Under the pieces are notes generated by a model. It was not told the origin of the DNA. It saw only the letters and a program-made list of their open reading frames with translations, and made no database searches. Shown here piece after piece: positions 6,410 through 13,361 of a stretch of DNA of 32,000 nucleotides (position 1 is its first letter; every line of letters begins with the position of its first letter). The position numbers and the translations under genes were made by a program. This DNA comes from Candidatus Saccharimonadota bacterium (GTDB lineage: Bacteria; Patescibacteriota; Gracilibacteria; UBA4473): NCBI GenBank assembly GCA_965228485.1, contig OZ245819.1:990001-1022000 (forward strand), given 5' to 3'.

Positions 6410-8779
6410 TTAGAGTTCTTCGTCTAATTGGTCGGTAATCTCCTTTCTGAGATCATTTCCGAGGCTGTTAATATCGAAGATCATATCAACCAGTTCAAAT
6501 TCATTTCGTCCAGCTTGGACTGAAATATTAGTTACTTCCCCACTATTTTGATCGTAGATAAATGAGATTCTATACCGATTGTCAAGTGTAGCTCTTTTGA
6601 TTTCATAGAGACTGAAGTCATCGTTGAGAATTCTAATCTGATCTCGAGAGGCACTAATACCTTGATTTCCTAGTTTTCGAGAGACAACGGTTCTTTGGAT
6701 AACGGCAAGAGACGTATCGTTGGAAGGGCCGTCATCGACTGGTTGAGTGGTATTATTACTTTGTTTTTCTAAGTTTTCATCCCTCATGTTTGCCAGCATT
6801 CTAGGAAGAATGTCTGGAGTGATCTCGAATAGGTCATTATTTTGGGTAACTTCCCCCATTTTTAATAACCTGAATACCTGAGTGGCAGTCTCAAAGGTTC
6901 CTGATACTTGTATTCCATTAAAGGTTGCATCTTGGAAAATAATAAACAGGTTATCTTCTTTGGCTCGCTCTTTGATCACAATTGCTTGAATATTTACTCC
7001 ATTGTCAGCCAGGAGCGTTTTGAGCTCAGCACCGTCTTTTATGGAGTTATCGACCACATTTTCTTGGTTTTGTTGTTGCTGTTGTTCTTGTTCAAGTTGT
7101 TGAAGTTCTAGACGGGCTATTTGGAGAAGAGACTGTTGTTGTTGAATATTCTCTAAGTCTTCTGCGGTAAGTTTACTGTTATTGATAAACTGAACGTCTT
7201 GAATGGTTTGAAGTTGTTCTGCCGTAAATATTTTGTCTCGTCCTTTATTACTCGCAATTTCGTCGATTTTTAAAATTTTGTATGATTTCACCAAAATTTG
7301 AGATATTTCAGTTCCCGTTTCGGAGTTGATAAATTCTTTGATGAAAAACAGAATATCTTTTGCTGACTCAAGAGAGATTTCTTGTTTTTCTTCAGAGTCT
7401 TCAATGTATAGGGTGTTTTCCGATTGAATTATTTTGGTGTAGAGATCGAATATTTCAGGACTTCGTAAGAATGTATCTTGTTTGAGTATTTCTCCCAAGA
7501 GTCGTCGTATTTTTGTAAGTTCGACTGCATTTTCTGGTTTTATATCAATAATTGTGGGAAATGCATCTGCAAGAGTAATCATTTGCTCTCGAGCCTGAGT
7601 TGTAAAACCTTGAGCGATAGTTTTTTCTGTTGTATAAAATTTAGTTTTAAACTCTGAAAAACTAGTAATTCTTCCTTCCAGGAACCAGATGGTTCTAAAT
7701 AGTTTTTCAGATTCATCAGGGAAAATGTTTTGTAGCCAAATTTTTTGAGATCGGCTAAATATTTCCCAATCTTTAGCATAGCTTGGATTTTCAATCATGA
7801 ATCGAACCCATTCATTCGACGTTACTTTATTTGAAAATCTAATAGCGGCATCCTTAGCCTCGGCTGGATTTCCTTCTTCAAATGCGAAGAATGCATTAAG
7901 AAGATCTTTTTTCATAGTTTCGTATTGATATTCTATTTTTTGAGTTTTCTTATATCCGACGGCATAGTGCCTTTGGATGTATTTCACTGTATTGGTAAAT
8001 ATCCCCATAAAACTTGAAGGCTTAAACCTTGACCAGCTAAACACTGATTCACTGGCGTAGGTTTTAATTCGTTGATAACGCTCATTTCTAGCCTCAATAG
8101 CTGCTACTACTTCTGCTGGAGGTCTTAATTCGCTTTCTTCAGTGATAATTACTTCAGAAATGGTTTTCATTCGGAACTCTTTTTTCAGTTTTGTGTAAAA
8201 CAGTTGCCCAGTTTTATCTAGGCGTGATTCTTTCATGGTAACCTGATTTCTAGGAGGGAGTACAAACGCTGTTTTACTACCAGGGAGAAATATCTCTACA
8301 GAGTGATCATGAGCGTAGACGATAATTTCGTCTCGAAGAATGTCTCGGTTGATGAGAACGCTTGCGCTTGGGCTATTGATTACCGCTTTTCCTACTCGCA
8401 GTTGTCCTACAAGAGGTTTGAATTCTTCTGGATTAAAGTTTTCTATGTAACTTTCTTGTGCTTTTTTTGAGTCTTCAAGGCTGACGTAATTACCACTGTA
8501 AAAGACTTTTCCTTTTTTTAAATTCCGCTGCCCTCCTCGAAATTCGACCTCTGTTTCTGGGAAGACTCTCCAGAATTCTCCGTGATTTGTGAAGATATCT
8601 TTGTATTCTTCTCCAATGTTTATATCAATATCATTCTGTAACTTTACCGCTTCAGAAAAAGGATTAGTTACGGTCACTTTATTATCAAATCTTGATTTTT
8701 CAGTCAGGTACACTCCTGCAAAGATGAGCGCACTCAGTCCTGCAGCTATCAATACCTGACCAATTTTTAGTTGTCCCAT
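6410..8779 (-). CDS. Hypothetical 789-aa N-terminally membrane-anchored protein with a central helical region, a poly-Q coiled coil and a C-terminal beta-rich domain
   Basis: ATG start. A single N-terminal TM segment (IGQVLIAAGLSALIFAGVYL). Q-rich coiled coil LQIARLELQQLEQEQQQQQNQEN. First gene behind a strong promoter candidate. I recognise no family. Confidence 0.8.
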   Translation of the reverse strand: MGQLKIGQVLIAAGLSALIFAGVYLTEKSRFDNKVTVTNPFSEAVKLQNDIDINIGEEYKDIFTNHGEFWRVFPETEVEFRGGQRNLKKGKVFYSGNYVSLEDSKKAQESYIENFNPEEFKPLVGQLRVGKAVINSPSASVLINRDILRDEIIVYAHDHSVEIFLPGSKTAFVLPPRNQVTMKESRLDKTGQLFYTKLKKEFRMKTISEVIITEESELRPPAEVVAAIEARNERYQRIKTYASESVFSWSRFKPSSFMGIFTNTVKYIQRHYAVGYKKTQKIEYQYETMKKDLLNAFFAFEEGNPAEAKDAAIRFSNKVTSNEWVRFMIENPSYAKDWEIFSRSQKIWLQNIFPDESEKLFRTIWFLEGRITSFSEFKTKFYTTEKTIAQGFTTQAREQMITLADAFPTIIDIKPENAVELTKIRRLLGEILKQDTFLRSPEIFDLYTKIIQSENTLYIEDSEEKQEISLESAKDILFFIKEFINSETGTEISQILVKSYKILKIDEIASNKGRDKIFTAEQLQTIQDVQFINNSKLTAEDLENIQQQQSLLQIARLELQQLEQEQQQQQNQENVVDNSIKDGAELKTLLADNGVNIQAIVIKERAKEDNLFIIFQDATFNGIQVSGTFETATQVFRLLKMGEVTQNNDLFEITPDILPRMLANMRDENLEKQSNNTTQPVDDGPSNDTSLAVIQRTVVSRKLGNQGISASRDQIRILNDDFSLYEIKRATLDNRYRISFIYDQNSGEVTNISVQAGRNEFELVDMIFDINSLGNDLRKEITDQLDEEL
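7061..7147 (-). repeat. Imperfect CAA/CAG (Gln) triplet-rich tract inside the 789-aa gene
   Basis: The plus strand reads ttcttggttttgttgttgctgttgttcttgttcaagttgttgaag...ctgttgttgttgaat, encoding QQLEQEQQQQQNQ and QQQQS. Confidence 0.7.
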
Positions 8780-8788
8780 AATCTGTCT

Positions 8789-8817
8789 ATTATACCTTTT
8801 CTAGACGGTTTTATCAA
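8789..8817 (-). promoter_or_regulatory. Strong sigma70-type promoter candidate TTGATA-17 nt-TATAAT for the anchored-protein/M23/comEC/GT4 operon
   Basis: Minus strand: TTGATA (8817..8812), 17-nt spacer, TATAAT (8794..8789), then 9 nt (agacagatt) to the ATG at 8779. Confidence 0.55.
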
Positions 8818-8909
8818 CTGTTTTTACCCTGTAAATAGACATAATTGTTTGCTTTTTTTTATTAATTATTTAAGAATTAAAAACGAAAATTTAATTTGTC
8901 AAAAACCTG

Positions 8910-10706
8910 ATGAAAGGTGTGATTTTGGCTGGAGGAACTGGAAGTAGACTTTTTCCTTGTACGAAAGTAACGAATAAGCATTTACTGCCGGTTTATAATA
9001 AGCCGATGATTTATTATCCTATTGAGACGCTTAAGCGTTCTGGGATTAATGATATCTTGATTATTTCTAGCCCAGAGCATGCAGGAGACTTCATGCAATT
9101 GCTTGGTTCTGGAGCAGATTTTAACGTTAATTTTACTTATAAAATTCAAGATGGAGCTGGAGGGATTGCTCAGGCCCTAAGTTTAGCTGAGAACTTTGCT
9201 AATAGTGATAATGTTGCAGTTATCTTGTCTGACAATATCTTTGAAGATGACTTTGGAGATGATGTACTTTATTTTAAACAAGGAGCGCAAATTTTTGTTA
9301 AAGAAGTAGAAGATTCAGCTCGTTTTGGGGTGGTGGAACTTCGAGAAGATGGAACAGTTCGTTCTATTGAGGAGAAACCGAGTTTTCCAAAATCAAACTT
9401 TGCTCAAACAGGGTTCTACCTGTATGACTCTCAAGTTTTTGATTTTATTCGTCAAATCCAACCATCGAAGAGAGGGGAATTAGAGATTACTGATGTGAAT
9501 CGTTTATACCTTGAAAAAAATCAGCTTAAAGCACGAGCTTTTGGTGGAATGTGGGCCGACGCGGGAACGCATGAATCTTTATTAGAGGCAAATATTCTCA
9601 CTTATGAAGCCTTTAATGGTACGACTCCAAAATTAAGAAGAACGGAAAGTACCGTTATTGAGAATCAGTATTCATCAAAGGTGACCATTGGTCTCTTAAC
9701 CTGTAATTCAGAGAAGTATATTAAGCCATGCCTAGATTCTTTAATGGCACAGGATTATGAAAATGTAGAGGTTGTTGTTTTGGACAACCATTCACAAGAT
9801 TCCAGTGTTGAAGTTATCAAATCTCATTATGATGATGTTCGGATTATTGAATCTGAAGTGAATCATGGCTTTGGAAAAGGTCATAACATCATTATTAATG
9901 AAACGGATGGTGATTTTTATGCTTGTTTGAATATAGATATGATTTTTGAACCAAATTTTATCTCTTCTTTAGTTAAAGCTGTGGATGAAAAACCTGTTTA
10001 TGGAGCGGCTGGAGGGAAATTGAAGCGATGGGATTTTAAAGGATATCAAGAAGATGCTGGAGTGGTTCGGGAAATGGGCAAAACAAACTTTATTGACTCA
10101 GTTGGAATCCGGATGCTAAAGAATCATCGTTTTGAAGATATTGGTCAAGGAGAGGTTGATTATGGACAATATGACGAGGTTAAGGATCTTTTTGGTCTTT
10201 CTGGGGCAGCTGTGATGTATCGACGAAAGGCTCTAGAAGATGTGGCTTTTGTAAATGACGATGGTGCCAAAGAGTATTTTGATGAAGCAATGTTTATGTA
10301 CAAAGAAGATATAGATTTAGCTTATCGTCTTCAGTGGGCTGGATGGAAAGCTCATTTTACTCCGTCTTCGGTTGCGTATCATGATCGAACCGTTAAGTCG
10401 GTTGGTCAGACTACTTGGGAAATTATTAAAAATCGTTCACAGAAGCCTTCAAAAGTAAACAAAGTATCTTATCTAAATCACCAAATTCTTTTACAAAAGA
10501 ACTACACAGAAGAGTATTCTTTTGGGGTCAAAGGAGCTACTGGATGGTATAATTTTAAAGTCTTTATGTATCTGCTTTTATTTGAGCAAGAAACACTTGG
10601 TCAGTGGTGGAAATTGATGAAGTTGAGAAAAAAAATCCGTGCACAGCGACAAACTATGCCACGGAGAGTGAGCCAGGCAGATATGGAGAAGTTAATGGAA
10701 ATATAA
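8910..10706 (+). CDS. Fusion protein: N-terminal glucose-1-phosphate thymidylyltransferase (RmlA-like sugar nucleotidyltransferase) plus C-terminal family-2 glycosyltransferase (WbbL/rhamnosyltransferase-like)
   Basis: N-terminus MKGVILAGGTGSRLFPCTKVTNKHLLPVYNKPMIYYPIETL is the RmlA/RfbA signature. From about aa 255, VTIGLLTCNSEKYIKPCLDSLMAQDYENVEVVVLDNHSQD...LNIDMIF is GT2-like. Confidence 0.88.
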   Translation: MKGVILAGGTGSRLFPCTKVTNKHLLPVYNKPMIYYPIETLKRSGINDILIISSPEHAGDFMQLLGSGADFNVNFTYKIQDGAGGIAQALSLAENFANSDNVAVILSDNIFEDDFGDDVLYFKQGAQIFVKEVEDSARFGVVELREDGTVRSIEEKPSFPKSNFAQTGFYLYDSQVFDFIRQIQPSKRGELEITDVNRLYLEKNQLKARAFGGMWADAGTHESLLEANILTYEAFNGTTPKLRRTESTVIENQYSSKVTIGLLTCNSEKYIKPCLDSLMAQDYENVEVVVLDNHSQDSSVEVIKSHYDDVRIIESEVNHGFGKGHNIIINETDGDFYACLNIDMIFEPNFISSLVKAVDEKPVYGAAGGKLKRWDFKGYQEDAGVVREMGKTNFIDSVGIRMLKNHRFEDIGQGEVDYGQYDEVKDLFGLSGAAVMYRRKALEDVAFVNDDGAKEYFDEAMFMYKEDIDLAYRLQWAGWKAHFTPSSVAYHDRTVKSVGQTTWEIIKNRSQKPSKVNKVSYLNHQILLQKNYTEEYSFGVKGATGWYNFKVFMYLLLFEQETLGQWWKLMKLRKKIRAQRQTMPRRVSQADMEKLMEI

Positions 10707-10731
10707 ACTTCTAGGGAAACTTGTTTGTTCT

Positions 10732-11172
10732 CTAGAGAATCTTTTCGAGCTCCTTTTTGAAGGTTTCGACGTCTTTAAACTGTTTATAGACGGAAGCAAA
10801 ACGGATGAAGGCAATTTCATCAATATCACGAAGCATTTCTACGATATCTTCTCCAATCTTGGTAGAGTGTACTTCTCTTTTTTGTGCCCATTTTTCTTCT
10901 AGTTCAGAAATTTTTTCTCGTACACGGTTAAGTGATACTTTTCGCTTTCCACAGGCAATCATGATCGCTTTTTCTAATTTTTCTCGATCATATGGTTCGG
11001 TACTTCCATCTTTTTTATGAACCATAAGATTATTGGTTTGAGTTTTCTCAAATGTAGTAAAACGAAATTCACACTGCTCACATTCACGTCTTCGCCTAAT
11101 GGCGCTTCCATTGTCAGCAACTCGAGAATCAATTACTCGTGTATTTTCAAATCCGCAGTTGGGACATTTCAT
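10732..11172 (-). CDS. nrdR: Transcriptional repressor NrdR (zinc ribbon plus ATP-cone)
   Basis: MKCPNCGFENTRVIDSRVADNGSAIRRRRECEQCEFRFTTFE... followed by an ATP-cone. 146 aa, the canonical length. Confidence 0.93.
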   Translation of the reverse strand: MKCPNCGFENTRVIDSRVADNGSAIRRRRECEQCEFRFTTFEKTQTNNLMVHKKDGSTEPYDREKLEKAIMIACGKRKVSLNRVREKISELEEKWAQKREVHSTKIGEDIVEMLRDIDEIAFIRFASVYKQFKDVETFKKELEKIL

Positions 11173-11178
11173 GATTTG

Positions 11179-11207
11179 TTTGTATCAGATTTTTTGAATG
11201 AATTCAA
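11179..11207 (-). promoter_or_regulatory. Promoter candidate TTGAAT-17 nt-TACAAA, 6 nt upstream of the nrdR ATG
   Basis: Minus strand: TTGAAT (11207..11202), 17-nt spacer, TACAAA (11184..11179), then caaatc and ATG. The -10 lacks the final T. Confidence 0.4.
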
Positions 11208-11254
11208 TATCAGCTCATCGGTCAAAAAAATAATCACTAGGATTATTTTCTTGA

Positions 11255-11329
11255 TGGTACCCCCGCCAAGAATCGAACTTGGATCTAAGGATTAGAAGTC
11301 CTTCGTTCTATCCATTGAACTACAGGGGC
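11255..11329 (-). tRNA. tRNA-Arg (anticodon TCT), CCA encoded
   Basis: The reverse complement folds as a cloverleaf: GCCCCTG TA GTTC AATGGATA GAAC G AAGGA CTTCTAA TCCTT AGAT CCAAG TTCGATT CTTGG CGGGGGT A CCA. The acceptor stem has G1-U72 and U6-G67 wobbles. Confidence 0.9.
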
Positions 11330-11395
11330 TCCTTAGGCGAATGATAACTTATTTTTTTTTCAAAATTTAGCAACTTTTGCCTTTATGATTTTGTT

Positions 11396-12187
11396 TTATT
11401 CGAGAAAAAAAGCTTTTTCCATAACTTGAGGTTCAAGCTCTACTTTGTGCCATAAATGAAATTGTTCTAGAGCTTGGAATGAGAGCATTAGGTCTCCAGT
11501 AACAGTTGAAGCCTCTCTGTCAGCAGCATCCGATAGAAATTTAGTTTCCATTGGATCATAAACTATATCAAAGGCGGTATGATGTGGTGACCAAAAATCT
11601 TCGGGAATGATTGATTTCCATTCTTTCAGTCCTACTGAAGTGGTGTTCACAATGATATCAAATTTTTCAGGACTGAGGTCTTGGAGCTCTTCTGTGGTTT
11701 CTACTTCAAATTCTTCTGCGAGATTTTCTGCTTTTTCTGGAGTCCTATTCCAGAGAGTAATATTGGCATTGGCCGTTCTAAGAGCGAATATAATAGCTCG
11801 AGCAGCACCTCCTGCCCCCAGAATTAGTACATCTTTACCATCTAAGTTTGGGACTTCTGTCTGAAGGGCTTTCAACGCTCCGATACAATCGGTATTAGTA
11901 CCAAATAAAACTTCATTTTCCCAATAAAGGGTATTTATGGCTCCGATTGATTTAGAGGCTTCAGTAAGCTTATCTACGAATGGGAGGATACTTTCTTTGT
12001 GTGGTATGGTTACGGCAACTCCAGCGTAATTTTGGACTTCATTAATCATCCAGTCTCGTAACTCCTCTGGCTTGACATCAATGGCTTCAAAAGTGGCATC
12101 AATTTCTAGTTCTGCAAATCCCGCTTGATGTAAAGCAGGGGATTTTGAGTGATTTATCGGATGTCCAATAACGGCAAATTTTTTCAT
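11396..12187 (-). CDS. aroE: Shikimate 5-dehydrogenase
   Basis: MKKFAVIGHPINHSKSPALHQAGF... with the NAD(P)-binding GAGGAARAI motif. I prefer ATG 12187. The ORF-track GTG at 12214 would overlap the aroC stop by 13 nt. Confidence 0.88.
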   Translation of the reverse strand: MKKFAVIGHPINHSKSPALHQAGFAELEIDATFEAIDVKPEELRDWMINEVQNYAGVAVTIPHKESILPFVDKLTEASKSIGAINTLYWENEVLFGTNTDCIGALKALQTEVPNLDGKDVLILGAGGAARAIIFALRTANANITLWNRTPEKAENLAEEFEVETTEELQDLSPEKFDIIVNTTSVGLKEWKSIIPEDFWSPHHTAFDIVYDPMETKFLSDAADREASTVTGDLMLSFQALEQFHLWHKVELEPQVMEKAFFLE

Positions 12188-12201
12188 AATTGTTCTCTTT
12201 T

Positions 12202-13269
12202 TTATAGTTCGCACTGACCTTTATGGAGCATGACATGATCGAGTATTACTATGGCTGCCATTGCTTCTAGGATAGGTACGGCTCGTGGTACAAGAATTGG
12301 ATCATGACGTCCTTTAATTTCTATTTCTACGTTTTCACCATGTTTATTGGCGGTTGTTTGTGTTTGGATGATTGATGAGGTGGGTTTTATCCCTACTCGA
12401 AACCAAATGTCGTCTCCAGTAGAAATGCCTCCTAAAATACCACCATTAGCATTTCTTTGGGTATGGAATTTTCCGTCTTCGGCAATAAAGGGATCGTTTG
12501 ATTCACTTCCTGTTTTTGTAACGAGATCAAACCCTTCTCCGAACTCAATTCCTTTTGTTGCTGGGACTGACATCATGGCTTTGGAAAGTTCGGCTTCTAG
12601 TTTTCCAAAAACAGGACTTCCAAGTCCTACCGGAGGATTTTCAATTCGCACTTGGACGCTTCCCCCGATTGAATCTCCTGAATTTTTTATGGCTTCAACT
12701 TTTTTAAGTGCATTTTCGTATTGATCTTTATCCGCCATTCGAAGGACATTTTCCTCTACAAAACTTTTATCAATATTTTCAAACTTATCAGGACCGATTT
12801 GGTCTACAAATCCCCAGACATTTATATCGAATCTTTTCTTTAAAATCTTTTGAGCTACGGCTCCTCCAATTACGCGTGCGATCGTTTCACGAGCGGAACT
12901 TCGCCCCCCTCCACGATAGTCTCGGATTCCATATTTTTGTTGATATCCAAGGTCTGCATGAGAGGGTCTGAAGATATCTTTGATATTACTATAGTCTTTG
13001 GATTCTTGGTTTTTGTTCCAGACGATGACAGCAATGGGAGTTCCAGTAGTTTTTCCTTCAAAGATGCCTGATAAAATCTCACATTGATCTTTTTCATCTC
13101 GAGGAGTCGTAATATGACTTTGTCCAGGCCTTCTTCGGTCTAATTCTGTTTGGACATCTCTCTCTGAGAGTTCTATATTTGGTGGGCAGTTGTCGATAAT
13201 TACTCCAATAGCTTTTCCATGACTTTCCCCAAAAGAAGTAATACGAAATAAATTTCCAAAAGTATTCAT
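12202..13269 (-). CDS. aroC: Chorismate synthase
   Basis: MNTFGNLFRITSFGESHGKAIGVIIDNCPP...RRRPGQSHITTPRDEKD...GRHDPILVPRAVPILEAM. Full-length at 355 aa. Confidence 0.93.
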   Translation of the reverse strand: MNTFGNLFRITSFGESHGKAIGVIIDNCPPNIELSERDVQTELDRRRPGQSHITTPRDEKDQCEILSGIFEGKTTGTPIAVIVWNKNQESKDYSNIKDIFRPSHADLGYQQKYGIRDYRGGGRSSARETIARVIGGAVAQKILKKRFDINVWGFVDQIGPDKFENIDKSFVEENVLRMADKDQYENALKKVEAIKNSGDSIGGSVQVRIENPPVGLGSPVFGKLEAELSKAMMSVPATKGIEFGEGFDLVTKTGSESNDPFIAEDGKFHTQRNANGGILGGISTGDDIWFRVGIKPTSSIIQTQTTANKHGENVEIEIKGRHDPILVPRAVPILEAMAAIVILDHVMLHKGQCEL

Positions 13270-13277
13270 GTGATTTA

Positions 13278-13306
13278 TGTATAGAGGCTTTTGGGCTTTT
13301 TTTCAA
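13278..13306 (-). promoter_or_regulatory. Promoter candidate TTGAAA-17 nt-TATACA, 8 nt upstream of the aroC ATG
   Basis: Minus strand: TTGAAA (13306..13301), 17-nt spacer, TATACA (13283..13278), then taaatcac and ATG at 13269. Confidence 0.5.
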
Positions 13307-13307
13307 T

Positions 13308-13340
13308 AAAAAAGAGAGGCTGATTAGACCTCTCTTTTTG
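13308..13340 (-). terminator. Rho-independent terminator after the 1369-aa surface protein gene (A/T tracts on both sides)
   Basis: Stem AGAGAGG (13313..13319) / CCTCTCT (13329..13335) with a 9-nt loop. On the minus strand it is followed by TTTTTATTG. Confidence 0.7.
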
Positions 13341-13361
13341 TTTGAGTGAGCTTCGTGTGTT

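Noticed and set aside
10707-11254. NrdR boxes or a terminator in the regions flanking nrdR, plus ORFs 10805..11020 and 11017..11295.
   Set aside because: I found no convincing NrdR-box palindrome pair and no stable hairpin in the 25-nt convergent gap at 10707..10731. The two ORFs are antisense to nrdR, and the second runs through tRNA-Arg.
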